Shown here one piece after another: positions 26,531 through 36,913 of a stretch of DNA of 47,636 nt. Made by a program: the position numbers and the translations under genes. Under the pieces are notes generated by a model, which had not been told where the DNA came from, made no database searches, and was given only the letters and a program-made list of their open reading frames with translations. The stretch lies in the IMG/VR virus record IMGVR_UViG_3300035140_000027, positions 1-47,636 of that record, one strand, 5' to 3'. Numbering within the stretch: the stretch's first letter is position 1; every line of letters begins with the position of its first letter. Source of the DNA: a virus (taxonomy: Duplodnaviria; Caudoviricetes).

Positions 26531-27316
26531 TCACCTGTCCTGTAGCGGGTCGTCTTCGGGATCACTGCTGTCCTGATAGGTCGGGTCAGTGATCGCAATG
26601 ACGTCTTGGATATAGTCGTAAACCGGATCACCAATAGGAGATACCCGTAGTATTACCCGTGTCTGCATCGGTTTTATTTTGAAAATCAGTCGGATGAGCT
26701 TTCGTAGCATATTGGACGGGATCTCCGCATAATCCGGCCAGGTTTCACCGCAGACGTACCAGTATACCGGGTATTCATCTGGGTCGTCCGGGCACGGATA
26801 CTGTTTAATCTGTAATCGGTATCCGGTGGACTCACCGAACTGGGCGCCGTCTCCGAACTGAGTACCGTCACCGAATTGATGCCGCCAATCGGGTTGAATC
26901 ATCGTGAGGTCGTTGACTAGTACGATTGAGTTGTCGACGTACGGCATGGGATTCCGGAGTGTGGGCGGTGACGTCGAGTGATCCCAGCACTCATGGACGT
27001 AGACGGTGGGCACAAGGGCTTGCAGAATGTCCTGTAGATACCTCGGGTGTTGCCCTCCGAACTGGCTCCATGCGGCCTCGAGCTCGTCTGCTGTGAAGTC
27101 CTCGACGCTCCCGAACTGCTGAGACCAGTCATGGAGGTAACTGGTGTGCTGCGGCATCATTTCGAGGAGCACGCTCGCCAGATAGTCCATTGTTAGCTTT
27201 TGAGATGCCATAAGGCCATGAACAAACCGACGAAGCTTGCTAGACGGCACAAGGCTCCATGCCGGAGAGTTCGGCAGCAGACGGTCAAAGACTCTCACCC
27301 ACGCATCTAAATCCAT
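26531..27316 (-). CDS. Baseplate wedge protein (Mu gp48-like)
   Basis: LLPNSPAW, LHDWSQQFG, GGQHPRYLQ, IFKIKP; QFG repeats; follows baseplate J. Confidence 0.7.
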   Translation of the reverse strand: MDLDAWVRVFDRLLPNSPAWSLVPSSKLRRFVHGLMASQKLTMDYLASVLLEMMPQHTSYLHDWSQQFGSVEDFTADELEAAWSQFGGQHPRYLQDILQALVPTVYVHECWDHSTSPPTLRNPMPYVDNSIVLVNDLTMIQPDWRHQFGDGTQFGDGAQFGESTGYRLQIKQYPCPDDPDEYPVYWYVCGETWPDYAEIPSNMLRKLIRLIFKIKPMQTRVILRVSPIGDPVYDYIQDVIAITDPTYQDSSDPEDDPLQDR

Positions 27317-28497
27317 ACTATCTCCCCGAGCCGTGCCTTTTCTCCCTCTTGGAGATATAGGACGTTCACGGCGCTGAAGCCTTCGCGGACCGTGATGCCT
27401 GTGTATGCTGCCCCGTGGGACAGCGCGACGTTTTGAGCGATGCCGCCGATACCCTGTACCGAGACTATGTCTCTGCGTGGAAGTAGGGTTGTGTAGCCTG
27501 CTTGTCCGCCTGGCACGAGGCTCAGAAAGTACTGTGATAAGGCTTCTTCGATATCGGATCTGACGGCCGACAGGTCAGGAGCTGCAAGACCGGTGATTTC
27601 GACGTCGAAGATGCGTCTAGTGATGGCAAGAACGTAGACATCCGCGTTGATGTTGCGGCGGCTTGAAAAACCATCGTCGTCGTGTTCGATGTGGTCTTTA
27701 ACCTCATCTCGAAGGAGGTCTCCAGGTATACCATAAGCATCTGCAGAACTTTCGATGTATACAAAAACCTGTCCCGCGCGGGATGTGAATTCTTCAATGC
27801 CATGATCTACCCATCCTGAATACGGATAGGCATTCCGTACGCCCTCGACCTCCTCTGCCCAAAGCTTGTAGTCCGCCATCGCGCCGCCCTGCGGCCATGC
27901 GATGAAGCGCTCCATAACTCGCTCGCGATATGCATCTTCTGTTTCTGGATCTGTGCCTGTTTGCGTAGCGCTGTAAACCGAAACGTCTTTCTCGACAGTA
28001 TCTGGCGCATTCATAAAGCTGAGACTGGCGCCATTGTCAACGTTTCCGATGATTCCAACCCTCGTCGCTCTGATTCCAACTGTCACAACATCGGAGTCCA
28101 GCGCCACGTCACCAAGGGTCTGGTAGACCAATTGAGTATCAGGATTGACGATCTGAGTGCCGCTGTACAGCGTTCCACCTTGTGTGATTACATCAATCTC
28201 AATCATCCGCTCCGCACGCTGCCCTGTCTTGTAATAGATTCCGAGCAACTCCCCCCACATCTTCAGAGGGTTTACAGTTATGGAGCCGACCTTTACGTCC
28301 TTGAACGATGCCGTCTTTGGAAACAGCTGCAGCAGCATCCACGCGCCGTACTGCTGTAGTGTTACGAATGACATCCCGATGGCCTTTGCCAACTTTCGGC
28401 TGTATCCTCGGAGCAGCGGAAACTGTGCTGTGAAATTGAGCTCTAACTGCGCAATTACTGCGTCCGCGATTTGCTGTGCCGTCATCTGTGGGATCAT
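27307..28497 (-). CDS. Baseplate J-like protein (Mu gp47)
   Basis: GTDPETEDAYRERV...PQGGAMADYKLWAEEVEGV. Confidence 0.9.
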   Translation of the reverse strand: MIPQMTAQQIADAVIAQLELNFTAQFPLLRGYSRKLAKAIGMSFVTLQQYGAWMLLQLFPKTASFKDVKVGSITVNPLKMWGELLGIYYKTGQRAERMIEIDVITQGGTLYSGTQIVNPDTQLVYQTLGDVALDSDVVTVGIRATRVGIIGNVDNGASLSFMNAPDTVEKDVSVYSATQTGTDPETEDAYRERVMERFIAWPQGGAMADYKLWAEEVEGVRNAYPYSGWVDHGIEEFTSRAGQVFVYIESSADAYGIPGDLLRDEVKDHIEHDDDGFSSRRNINADVYVLAITRRIFDVEITGLAAPDLSAVRSDIEEALSQYFLSLVPGGQAGYTTLLPRRDIVSVQGIGGIAQNVALSHGAAYTGITVREGFSAVNVLYLQEGEKARLGEIVWI

Positions 28498-28979
28498 TGT
28501 CCGAGTCCTTTATAACTGAGGTCATAAACAGTACCGTCAGCACCGATGATGACTGCGTCGATGTCCACCCTGGTGGGAGAAGTGATACGGGCCAAGATCT
28601 TAGCGTCCTTCACGGCCGACTTAGGCATCTGGTTGACGATGTCGTCACGCGCCGCTTCTTCGATGTCGTCGACACTGGCACTGGTAAGGGGTTTACCATT
28701 CAGGATGAACTGCAGACGCCCTCGCGATTTGTGTTCTTCTCTCTCGCCTTCGTTCCCGCACCACTGATTCTTCTCGGTGGCTTGGGAGCCGTCGTCATTC
28801 CAGTTCCCTCCCATCCAGCAATCGAGGATTGCAGACTCCAGCCCGGCGGTCATCACGACTTCAGCGAACGGCGTCACATCATCGGCGATGTAGCGATTTA
28901 CGATCATGTCTCCGCCGTCCGGATTCATGATGTGCAACACGTCGCCTTTCTGCGGGATGTTTTGTCCGTAATCGCCCAT
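28494..28979 (-). CDS. Baseplate protein (Mu gp46-like)
   Basis: GLESAI...GGN..DD...WCGN...IEEAARDD; synteny. Confidence 0.7.
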   Translation of the reverse strand: MGDYGQNIPQKGDVLHIMNPDGGDMIVNRYIADDVTPFAEVVMTAGLESAILDCWMGGNWNDDGSQATEKNQWCGNEGEREEHKSRGRLQFILNGKPLTSASVDDIEEAARDDIVNQMPKSAVKDAKILARITSPTRVDIDAVIIGADGTVYDLSYKGLGQ

Positions 28980-29482
28980 CAGTCAGCCCTCAAGTTGTTG
29001 GATGCTACGGATTGCGGCCCAGGCGGCTGGAACGCAGCTAGAAAACCTGCTTTCAGCGCTGATTCGTACACTGGCGTCCACCCGTTAAAAACGCCCCACA
29101 ACGCATTCCATAGCGCATCTACGTTGTTCGCCAACGCCACCGGACTCTGGCCATTGCCGACACGGACGTCTGTGCTGGGTGATATGGTGACTCGTCCATC
29201 GCTGCCGAGCAGAATGCTTGCCACGACTTCCCCGGCAGCGTTTCGTGAAAATATGAGCCCCTGTCCACCGCTGGTTGACGCATCCTCCGAAAGAACGGCC
29301 TTGATTACGATGTCCTGGCCGGCCTTCTCAAAAACAACACGGTCCCCCGGGAGGGGGTGATACTCTGAACCGGCATCGGCAAAGAGCACCGCGGTAACCA
29401 CTCGGCCGTTGCCTGTCTCTACATCGCAAACGATCTGCCCGTCTACGATGCGAGTCTCTTTGATATGTCCTATCGTTGCCAC
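28979..29482 (-). CDS. Baseplate spike / assembly protein (Mu gp45/gpV-like)
   Basis: GSEYHPLPGD, G..IFSRN; synteny. Confidence 0.7.
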   Translation of the reverse strand: MATIGHIKETRIVDGQIVCDVETGNGRVVTAVLFADAGSEYHPLPGDRVVFEKAGQDIVIKAVLSEDASTSGGQGLIFSRNAAGEVVASILLGSDGRVTISPSTDVRVGNGQSPVALANNVDALWNALWGVFNGWTPVYESALKAGFLAAFQPPGPQSVASNNLRAD

Positions 29483-30675
29483 GGCATCACCTTCGGAATC
29501 TCACCGCTGTACACCCCGGGCATCACCAGATTGAGATTGGCGGTCATCGACTCCGCATCTTTACGGAACGTCACCATTGCGACCAAAAACTCAAATGGGT
29601 TGTATACGCGGTCTTCTTCGCTCTTGATTTTGACGTGCTGCCCGGGCCGATACAGTTGCCCCATATCGTTTTGCCAGACGGAGAGATCGGCGGATGCCGT
29701 TACGATCTCCGCAAACAGCCGCCCGGCAACAGATTGGGCTGCGACCTCGAGCTCTCCCTCGTCGATGTCTTTGGCCTCGAAATGGCGAGGTCGAATGATG
29801 CCCGGGATAATGATCGGGCTAGGTACATCGTGAGATTTCCCCTTCGCACCCTTGCGACTTTTCGACGGCATCGCAACCGTCACGCTACTGTAGTAGGCAT
29901 CGTCATTGATGGGAACTTCCATGTCTGCGCACGGATGCAGACCCTTTTCAATGTAGGACACCAGTGCGCCGCCTGTTCCGTCATGGATGATGAGTTCCCC
30001 CCATTCATTTGACGCCAGCAGGAGCCCCCTCTGAGCCGCCAAATTTTGGAGGAATCCAAGTACAGGCTCACTCTGTTCGATGTCAACACGCTTGAATCTG
30101 GCGCGGTCTGGCGCTTCATAGTAGGTCTTTATGCCGTGCAGCGCTGCGAGCTCTTGTGATATGGACTGCAGCGTTGCGTTTCGCCATTCGTTCGGAAACG
30201 ACTCATTTGGTGGTGGGCATGTCTCCAAAATAGCGGGGTCTGCCCAAATGGTGACGGATGCTTCTTTTGATTTAAGCGGCGGCGTAGATGCCCGCCCGGT
30301 GAACAGCCGCTCTCCGAATGAGTCCACTGTTACTATAGGGAAAGAAATCGGCTCGAACAGATTTCTTGTCTCTGGTGTGTTCGGCACGGTAAAACCGCCT
30401 TTTGCGCATGCGTCGATGGCGGTCACCAGCTCGAAATCTGTCACGGTGCCCAGCCGTTGACCATTGACTTCGATCGTCAACGGATCATCGCCGAAATGAG
30501 TCGTCTTGTATTTGTCCCATGCGGGCACGTGAATAGCGGCCCCCACTGGAAGGGGCACGGAAAAGGCAGGGTTCGCCTTGCGGATATAATCAGCGTCCGT
30601 GTCGTTTCCTGTCGTTCGACGTGCTACGTCGGTCCAACTGCGCTCGAATCCCGTGGCTTTATACGTACCAGACAA
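29470..30675 (-). CDS. Baseplate hub protein (Mu gpP/gp44-like) with LysM-like N-terminus
   Basis: IRKANP...LPVGAAIHVP; FLQNLAAQRGLLL...GELI; GQLYRPG. Confidence 0.8.
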   Translation of the reverse strand: MSGTYKATGFERSWTDVARRTTGNDTDADYIRKANPAFSVPLPVGAAIHVPAWDKYKTTHFGDDPLTIEVNGQRLGTVTDFELVTAIDACAKGGFTVPNTPETRNLFEPISFPIVTVDSFGERLFTGRASTPPLKSKEASVTIWADPAILETCPPPNESFPNEWRNATLQSISQELAALHGIKTYYEAPDRARFKRVDIEQSEPVLGFLQNLAAQRGLLLASNEWGELIIHDGTGGALVSYIEKGLHPCADMEVPINDDAYYSSVTVAMPSKSRKGAKGKSHDVPSPIIIPGIIRPRHFEAKDIDEGELEVAAQSVAGRLFAEIVTASADLSVWQNDMGQLYRPGQHVKIKSEEDRVYNPFEFLVAMVTFRKDAESMTANLNLVMPGVYSGEIPKVMPWQR

Positions 30676-31906
30676 TCTCTCTTCCTTTTGGTATCTCTAT
30701 CAGCTCGTCTCCGCCGAGATTGTTGTTTTCGATAAAGTTATCAAGCTGCGCCTGTAGCGCCGTCCCGTAGAGCCTGAAGCAAAGCGGGATCAACGCCTCG
30801 GAACAGGTGGTCACCATGCGCATTTCGGTTTTGGCCGCGAATGACTGCGAAATGATTTGCGAGATCGCCGACGACACAAGCTGTATAAGCTCGTAATCAC
30901 CTACACCGGTGTCCATGTTGGCCGCGTCGATTGTGTCGATGGCCAAGATCTCAAATCCTGCGCCGACCCATGCTTGATACAATGTCAGCAACTCGTCGAG
31001 TCGTTCTGCATTGAGGATATAGTCGGACCGTTTCAGCCACTTTCCATCAGCGGCGACCATGGCGAAATTCGAAATGATAGAGCGCGACATCATACGGTTG
31101 AAGCCGAATTGGTTTTCAGCCTCCTTTGAGTACTTGACAGGCTCCTCGATGGTCCGCGCAAAGATGTTGTTTGCGAGGTTTTGATATGCGTCAAGCTTCG
31201 CGTGTACCGCAGAGTTCTGGCGCCGCGGCTCACCGATGAGCAGTTGACACTGGAACGCCAGTGACAGCGGCTCACCCAGCAGCACATCTAATCCGCGGCC
31301 TATGGAGTCGCCGGTGTCCTCGATTGCTTGATTGACCTCCGCAACTGCTCCAGACGCCTTTTTCAGTGTCGACGAGATGCGCTTTAGCAGAGCTGCCACG
31401 CGGTTTTTGAACGATGCTTTATCCATGGCATTGGATAGATTAACCTTCTCCGAGAAGTCCACCGCAGACGCTTGTATGAGGCTTTCGAACGACTGCGGCA
31501 ATCCGCCACTCTCGCCGATTTGCAAACCAGTTGTCTCATAAAACTCGACGCCGAAGATGACTTGTCCAGCAGCTTCCACGAGACGGTCACTGCGCCGGAC
31601 CTCCCCAACGGGCACCACATGAACCTCGTTGCTGATGGGATGAGATAGGACTCCAACACCGTCCTCGAGCACGGCCGACAAAAACGCATCGGCTTTCCGG
31701 TCGTAGTCGTCTCCGGAGATGTAGCATGCCATCGGTAAACGGCCGCTGGTGTGACCATTCGGCTGTACGTAGGTTCCGTTACCAACGGCGGATTCGAAGA
31801 CAGCCGCCTTTTTGAGATAGGAACTATCGATATCCATGTAGTCAAAGAAAACAATTTGGCCACTTGGACTCTTATACTTTCCGCGCTGGAGGTTGCGGAG
31901 ACTCAT
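30659..31906 (-). CDS. DNA circularisation protein N-like / tail tube initiator (Mu gpN)
   Basis: YKSPSG, GVGVLSHP, FYET; C-terminal LysM-like RLYG...NNL...EIPKGREI. Confidence 0.8.
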   Translation of the reverse strand: MSLRNLQRGKYKSPSGQIVFFDYMDIDSSYLKKAAVFESAVGNGTYVQPNGHTSGRLPMACYISGDDYDRKADAFLSAVLEDGVGVLSHPISNEVHVVPVGEVRRSDRLVEAAGQVIFGVEFYETTGLQIGESGGLPQSFESLIQASAVDFSEKVNLSNAMDKASFKNRVAALLKRISSTLKKASGAVAEVNQAIEDTGDSIGRGLDVLLGEPLSLAFQCQLLIGEPRRQNSAVHAKLDAYQNLANNIFARTIEEPVKYSKEAENQFGFNRMMSRSIISNFAMVAADGKWLKRSDYILNAERLDELLTLYQAWVGAGFEILAIDTIDAANMDTGVGDYELIQLVSSAISQIISQSFAAKTEMRMVTTCSEALIPLCFRLYGTALQAQLDNFIENNNLGGDELIEIPKGREIVWYV

Positions 31907-33567
31907 AACGGCGCGGCACCCGTTCTCAACAGTCGTAGATTGCGGCTCTTGCCATTGGTAACCTTGGCCCGGCCGGTTTCGTCTTTGATGGTGACTTCGA
32001 CCTGTTCATTGCTTGTGGATACCGTTTCTGTTTTTGCCAGTGAAACCGATGGTCTTACGACGCTCGGCACAACTGAAGCAGCGACGGAGCTTGCACCACG
32101 TGATGCACTGACAGATTTCGGTACGCTGGACCGCTCATGTGTCTTGTCTCTCCAATCAAAGGCAATCTTGATCCCTTTCAGTATCGGATCAAGTAGCTCC
32201 TTTATGGCACCGAGAACGTCCATGGCGACACTTTTAAATCTATCCCATATTCTCACGAGCTTGTTTCCCGCACCTTCCCAGTTGCCGGTAAACAAGTCGA
32301 TGAACACGCCGACGTAGTCTTTCAGGTTGTCGAAAGCGAACTTGGCAACGGACTTTATTTTTGACCACATGGACTCCCATATAGAAATTACTGCAGACTT
32401 GATGAATTTCCATGCTGCGACGATGTACTCTTTCGGATTAGTAAAGAAATCCTTTACCTTGGCTGCCATCGCCTGGAATTTCTTGATGATATTCACCGTG
32501 ATTTTTATCAGTTCCTTGCGGAATACAATGATGGCTGCGACAGCTGCCGTTGTTGCGATTACGACCAGCGCTATTGGATTCATCGCCGCGATTGCGTTGA
32601 ATACAGTCATTGCCGTACTGGCAACTTTCACCGCGGTCGCGATACCGTAGAATACACCGATGCCGATGGCGATCTTTTTTCCGTAGTCGATGATTTTGTC
32701 GAAATTATCAACAAGCCACGAAAGGCCGCTCTTCAGCTTTGAACTAATGATGTCACGATTGGCCACCGCCCACTTTCTGGCATTATCCATCCCCTCTGTC
32801 ATCAGCGGCATGAGCGGAGAGAGAACGTCGACCATAAAACCAGACACGGTGTGTTTCACACGATTCATCATGTCGTTATAGGCTTCTGCCTTGGCTGCCT
32901 GCTCAGCGGTCACAATCCCGTTTTCGCGCATTTGATAGCGCAGCTTTTCGATCTCCTTTGCGCTGTTGTTGGCAACATTAATCATGTCAACGCCTGATCG
33001 TCCAAAGGCTGCTGTTGCAAGCGCAGCCTTATCCATAGCGTTAGGTGTTTCGTGGATAGCTTTCAAATACAAATCGAATGCGTCCGCAACATTGTCGGTC
33101 GTCTTCAATTGGCGCAATAGAGGACGATTTGTCTTCTTCAGCGCCGTGAACATGGCGCCGTATCCACCTTTTAATTCTCCAACGGTCTTCGTGAACTTCG
33201 TGAGTGACTTATCAAATATGCCCTGTGAAACTCCACTCTGTTCAGCTACGAAACGCCACTCTTGAAATTCTTCAATTGGAAAATTGATGGCTCTTGTCTT
33301 CTTAGCCAGCGCATCCATTGACTCAGCGGTTCTGTTTATCGCGAAAAACAGACCAGTAGCCGCTACCGTCGCCGTGGCGAAACCGTATTTCAATCCGCGG
33401 GTGACTGCACCGGTAACCTTGGACACTGCCCTGTTCACTTTGCGCATGCCCATGGCCACCTTCGAAGTGAAGCGCATGATCTTTGATTGGATCTTGCCGA
33501 CTACACGGGTTGACTTGTCAACCGTTTTAAATGTCGTCTTCGCTTCAAAATCTGCGCTCCTGGGCAT
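31903..33567 (-). CDS. Tape measure protein
   Basis: Ala-rich helical, ANPIALVV segment, W/F periodic repeats; follows chaperones. Confidence 0.85.
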   Translation of the reverse strand: MPRSADFEAKTTFKTVDKSTRVVGKIQSKIMRFTSKVAMGMRKVNRAVSKVTGAVTRGLKYGFATATVAATGLFFAINRTAESMDALAKKTRAINFPIEEFQEWRFVAEQSGVSQGIFDKSLTKFTKTVGELKGGYGAMFTALKKTNRPLLRQLKTTDNVADAFDLYLKAIHETPNAMDKAALATAAFGRSGVDMINVANNSAKEIEKLRYQMRENGIVTAEQAAKAEAYNDMMNRVKHTVSGFMVDVLSPLMPLMTEGMDNARKWAVANRDIISSKLKSGLSWLVDNFDKIIDYGKKIAIGIGVFYGIATAVKVASTAMTVFNAIAAMNPIALVVIATTAAVAAIIVFRKELIKITVNIIKKFQAMAAKVKDFFTNPKEYIVAAWKFIKSAVISIWESMWSKIKSVAKFAFDNLKDYVGVFIDLFTGNWEGAGNKLVRIWDRFKSVAMDVLGAIKELLDPILKGIKIAFDWRDKTHERSSVPKSVSASRGASSVAASVVPSVVRPSVSLAKTETVSTSNEQVEVTIKDETGRAKVTNGKSRNLRLLRTGAAPL

Positions 33568-33570
33568 AGG

Positions 33571-33810
33571 TCACTTCCTCGGTTTCGTGTCTTCTTTCAG
33601 TTGTCCTCTGATCGCATCGTAAAATGCCTCAATTTTGATATCAGATAGAGATCTGTGGTCCGGCAAGCTGTTGTATGACATGCAGATCTGAAAATACATC
33701 GCACGTATGACGTTGTATCGTGTGTGCATTGCGTTTCCGTGTTTATCTGGCCATAATTTCGCATTGCTACCATCTCTCACCAGCAGTGGACCGCTGATCT
33801 CTGTAATTAA
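33571..33810 (-). CDS. Tail assembly chaperone -1 frameshift extension (GT-like)
   Basis: Open -1 frame starting at the T6 run that overlaps the upstream stop; ends just before tape measure. Confidence 0.65.
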   Translation of the reverse strand, partial: LITEISGPLLVRDGSNAKLWPDKHGNAMHTRYNVIRAMYFQICMSYNSLPDHRSLSDIKIEAFYDAIRGQLKEDTKPRK

Positions 33811-34220
33811 AAAAGCTCGGCAACCGCCTGAATTTGGTCGAGCTCGCGCTCTTTCAGTTTTCGCAAATGCCCAACGGGCCTGCCGACGACACTTGCAATC
33901 CATGCCAGTGTTCCGGTGGCAGGCTTATCCGGATACCTGTCAAGCACGCACCTGTCTTCCCCGGTTGGCTCCCTTGAGAATTTCACCTCTTGTATAAACT
34001 CATATCCTTCCAGTTTGACGGTGGGCCATCCTTCATCGTCCACAATAATGGAGCCTGTTCGGACACCATGGATGAACGTTGCGCGACTTTTGAGAAACCT
34101 CTTCTCGTCAGTGTCTGATCCGAAGTCCCCTGTTCGAATCTGTGCGGCTTCAGCAAACCGCACGAATTCGTGTTCCGCCATTTCTTTATCAACTTTTTCG
34201 ATCATTGACTTGCCTTTCAA
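33807..34220 (-). CDS. Tail assembly chaperone
   Basis: Between tube and tape measure; ends GAG CTT TTT TAA. Confidence 0.75.
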   Translation of the reverse strand: MKGKSMIEKVDKEMAEHEFVRFAEAAQIRTGDFGSDTDEKRFLKSRATFIHGVRTGSIIVDDEGWPTVKLEGYEFIQEVKFSREPTGEDRCVLDRYPDKPATGTLAWIASVVGRPVGHLRKLKERELDQIQAVAELF

Positions 34221-34284
34221 AAAATGCCCCGGCCTTTATGACGCCAAGGCAAGTAAGCGCCGGCCGGGACAGAAGTAGCCTTTA

Positions 34285-34662
34285 TCAGTCCAAGCGCATT
34301 GTTTCTGCTGAGACGTCGAACGTCGCCTTTGCGTTCACCTCATCGAACTCGATTTCTCCTTCGATGTTTCCGATACCTGACGCAATAGATCCATTGGTCC
34401 ATTCGTGCCAAAAGTCCTGATCATCGCCAGCTTGGATATCGACGAGAAACTGTTTGTCTTTTCGATTGTTGTCGATCTGAATCTCAACGCCAGTTACCCC
34501 TTGTATGGCGGGCTTTTTTGATACGCGGGTAGTCTTGTTGCCGTTCTTGAGTCTCTCATTTGTTACGCTTGAAAGCTGGAGACGCGTATCGCCATCTCCA
34601 GTGCAAGCAAAAGTGCGGCCACCAATGCTAAATTCTTTTCCGGGACCTCCAATTGCACCCAT
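34285..34662 (-). CDS. Tail tube protein
   Basis: 125 aa immediately after sheath. Confidence 0.75.
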   Translation of the reverse strand: MGAIGGPGKEFSIGGRTFACTGDGDTRLQLSSVTNERLKNGNKTTRVSKKPAIQGVTGVEIQIDNNRKDKQFLVDIQAGDDQDFWHEWTNGSIASGIGNIEGEIEFDEVNAKATFDVSAETMRLD

Positions 34663-34664
34663 GA

Positions 34665-36164
34665 CTAACCTCCAAAGCTCGGCCCGGTAGCGTAATCAAT
34701 GGAGATCACCTTTGCGTTTCCAGATACCGGGGCGACGCATCTAATGTTCACACGATTCGGGTTGGCTCCATCGATGGCCACCGTACTGTTTTCCTTGGCA
34801 TACTCTCTTTCTGTGGTAATGGCTGCATCCGCTGTACGGTCGATAACCCCGTATAGAAAACCCTTGATAGTTTTGGGCTTGAGAGCATTCGGATTGTTTG
34901 AAGTCTCGTTGTCTCCAATAATCGGCCGCCCAGGAATATTGTTCTCCTCCACCATGATATCCAGTTCATGTACCACGACCGCGTGCTTTGCCTGAGTTAC
35001 CACGTACTGATAAATCGGATTCGTCTCCCCGGTAGGGTGGTAGCACGTAACCACGTCTTCTAGTGTCAAAACACCGTCGCGGAGCTTGGTTGTAGAGCAT
35101 CCCGCCTTAATGGCGGCATCCCGCATCGAACTGTCCCACTGCTGCGCGTCTGTCCCTGGGGTGATACCGGTCAGCGGTAACCGGTTGTACGCCATCGCCG
35201 GATCCGCGTTGTCCTGAACCGCAATCTCTCTCACCGCTTCGGCGGCGATGACAAACGGCAGGTTGTGAGATCCCGGCGCCGGGATGATTGAGTTTACAAG
35301 GTCAGTGGCCCGGGCTTCCGTGACGGTGGTAACCGTTGTTAGGTCGGCTTCGTTCGTGCCCGTAAACACGTCTAGAGGTTTGTGCACCTCGGGAGCGCGC
35401 CGCCCTCCTTTGCCATTCGTTCCCTGTCCGAACACCATGTACTCATCCAGCTCGGTGTCATCGGTATATTCCAGCGGATTGATAATGTGGGTAATCCACT
35501 GCTCGCCGATCTGTGCCAGTGCTGCCGAGATGTCCGGGACACCGGTTCCCCCGGTGGGTTGTACAATTGCCCAAGAAATCTCACTGTCGTCCTGATACTC
35601 GACTACCTCAAGATGGACGTTGTCACCACTGGTGCCTTCCCACTTCACCTCGGCGCTTGCAACACTGGTTCCCGTCACATTGATTGGCATTCCCACCACC
35701 GAAGCAACTGCAGTGGCCATTTTAGCAACGATTGTTGTCGGTGTGTCCCCCACAACAACCGTGAAACGGTCGGAAAGGACTTCCCCAGCCTTCAAGGCGT
35801 ACTCCTGATTGTGGGTCGGCGTACCGCTCGGGGTTACCGTGCCGATTGCTGCATCGCCAGATGTCGGCTGAGGGAGGGGGAATAGCCACACCTCGACATC
35901 TCCAACGCCATCACCGGTCGGGCCAAAGAGCGCATCAGCCATCAGGTGCGCCGGAGTGCCGTATCCCATGGTCAGTCTATCGATGACCTCAGCAGCTGAG
36001 TAGATCCGTTGCTTGGTCGATCCATACACGGCATCAGTGCCACCTTGGGCAAGTAATCCGATTTTCGGCGGTCGCGTTCGCGCTCTATTTGGCGGACGCT
36101 TGTCCCGGACAATTTGGATAGCCGTCCCGGATGCCTGTCTGGATGGCGGGTATGCTGTACTCAT
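34665..36164 (-). CDS. Contractile tail sheath protein (Mu gpL-like)
   Basis: GYGTPAHLMA, PTGGTGVPDISAALA, DPAMAY, VTCYHP, NPNRVN. Confidence 0.9.
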   Translation of the reverse strand: MSTAYPPSRQASGTAIQIVRDKRPPNRARTRPPKIGLLAQGGTDAVYGSTKQRIYSAAEVIDRLTMGYGTPAHLMADALFGPTGDGVGDVEVWLFPLPQPTSGDAAIGTVTPSGTPTHNQEYALKAGEVLSDRFTVVVGDTPTTIVAKMATAVASVVGMPINVTGTSVASAEVKWEGTSGDNVHLEVVEYQDDSEISWAIVQPTGGTGVPDISAALAQIGEQWITHIINPLEYTDDTELDEYMVFGQGTNGKGGRRAPEVHKPLDVFTGTNEADLTTVTTVTEARATDLVNSIIPAPGSHNLPFVIAAEAVREIAVQDNADPAMAYNRLPLTGITPGTDAQQWDSSMRDAAIKAGCSTTKLRDGVLTLEDVVTCYHPTGETNPIYQYVVTQAKHAVVVHELDIMVEENNIPGRPIIGDNETSNNPNALKPKTIKGFLYGVIDRTADAAITTEREYAKENSTVAIDGANPNRVNIRCVAPVSGNAKVISIDYATGPSFGG

Positions 36165-36913
36165 TGCAAAACCTCATGTCGGAGCTCTGCGACCACTTGG
36201 CCGTCAGGCTCGTATCGGTATGTTGTTGATATAAGGTCGGTGTAATGCGGAGACTGGAATGTGAAGGTCTCGTTGTGCTCTACATCGAGCACCAATCGCA
36301 TCACAGTCACATGCTGCATTGCTGCATCGTTGGTGGGCTTGGATTTCTCTCTGTTGGCCAGCCAGCGCCCCCAGACAAAATTTTCATCGTACAAGCCGAG
36401 CTTATCGTATTTTGGATGCATCAAAATCCGTCTGACTATTCGTGCGAGCTCGAAAGCTCTGATTGCCGATGCTTTATCCCCAAGTACGTGGCCGGTATCG
36501 GTTGCGGCGGACACTCCGACGGCATAGCAATCTACATGGTAACGACTGAGAGTTGTTTGCCTCGTCGTACTGTTGGATTTAGACTTGTCAAAGTAGTCTT
36601 TGTCGTACTCAACATGCACAGTCGGAATACGATAGGTTCCGCCGCGATATCGATCCCAGTGGTTTTGCCGCTCCTTGTATACACCGAAGCGCCACGGAGT
36701 CGGATCGAGGCCGCGTTCTACGGCCTGTTCTTGCTGGGATGTGGACTCGAATGCCAGTATCTCGACAATCTTGTCGAGCACCACCTCAAAACCATCCTGT
36801 TCCGTAATGAGCGGGATGACCTGGACGCGTTCCGGCATCGCAGAGTATCCAAGGCCGTTGGTTACAATTGTATTGCCGCCCGGTCCCCACCCGCTTGTAA
36901 TCAGGTTACCCAA
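36161..36913 (-). CDS. Tail terminator-like protein
   Basis: Directly upstream of sheath; YHVDCY, VRRILM motifs. Confidence 0.55.
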   Translation of the reverse strand: MGNLITSGWGPGGNTIVTNGLGYSAMPERVQVIPLITEQDGFEVVLDKIVEILAFESTSQQEQAVERGLDPTPWRFGVYKERQNHWDRYRGGTYRIPTVHVEYDKDYFDKSKSNSTTRQTTLSRYHVDCYAVGVSAATDTGHVLGDKASAIRAFELARIVRRILMHPKYDKLGLYDENFVWGRWLANREKSKPTNDAAMQHVTVMRLVLDVEHNETFTFQSPHYTDLISTTYRYEPDGQVVAELRHEVLQ

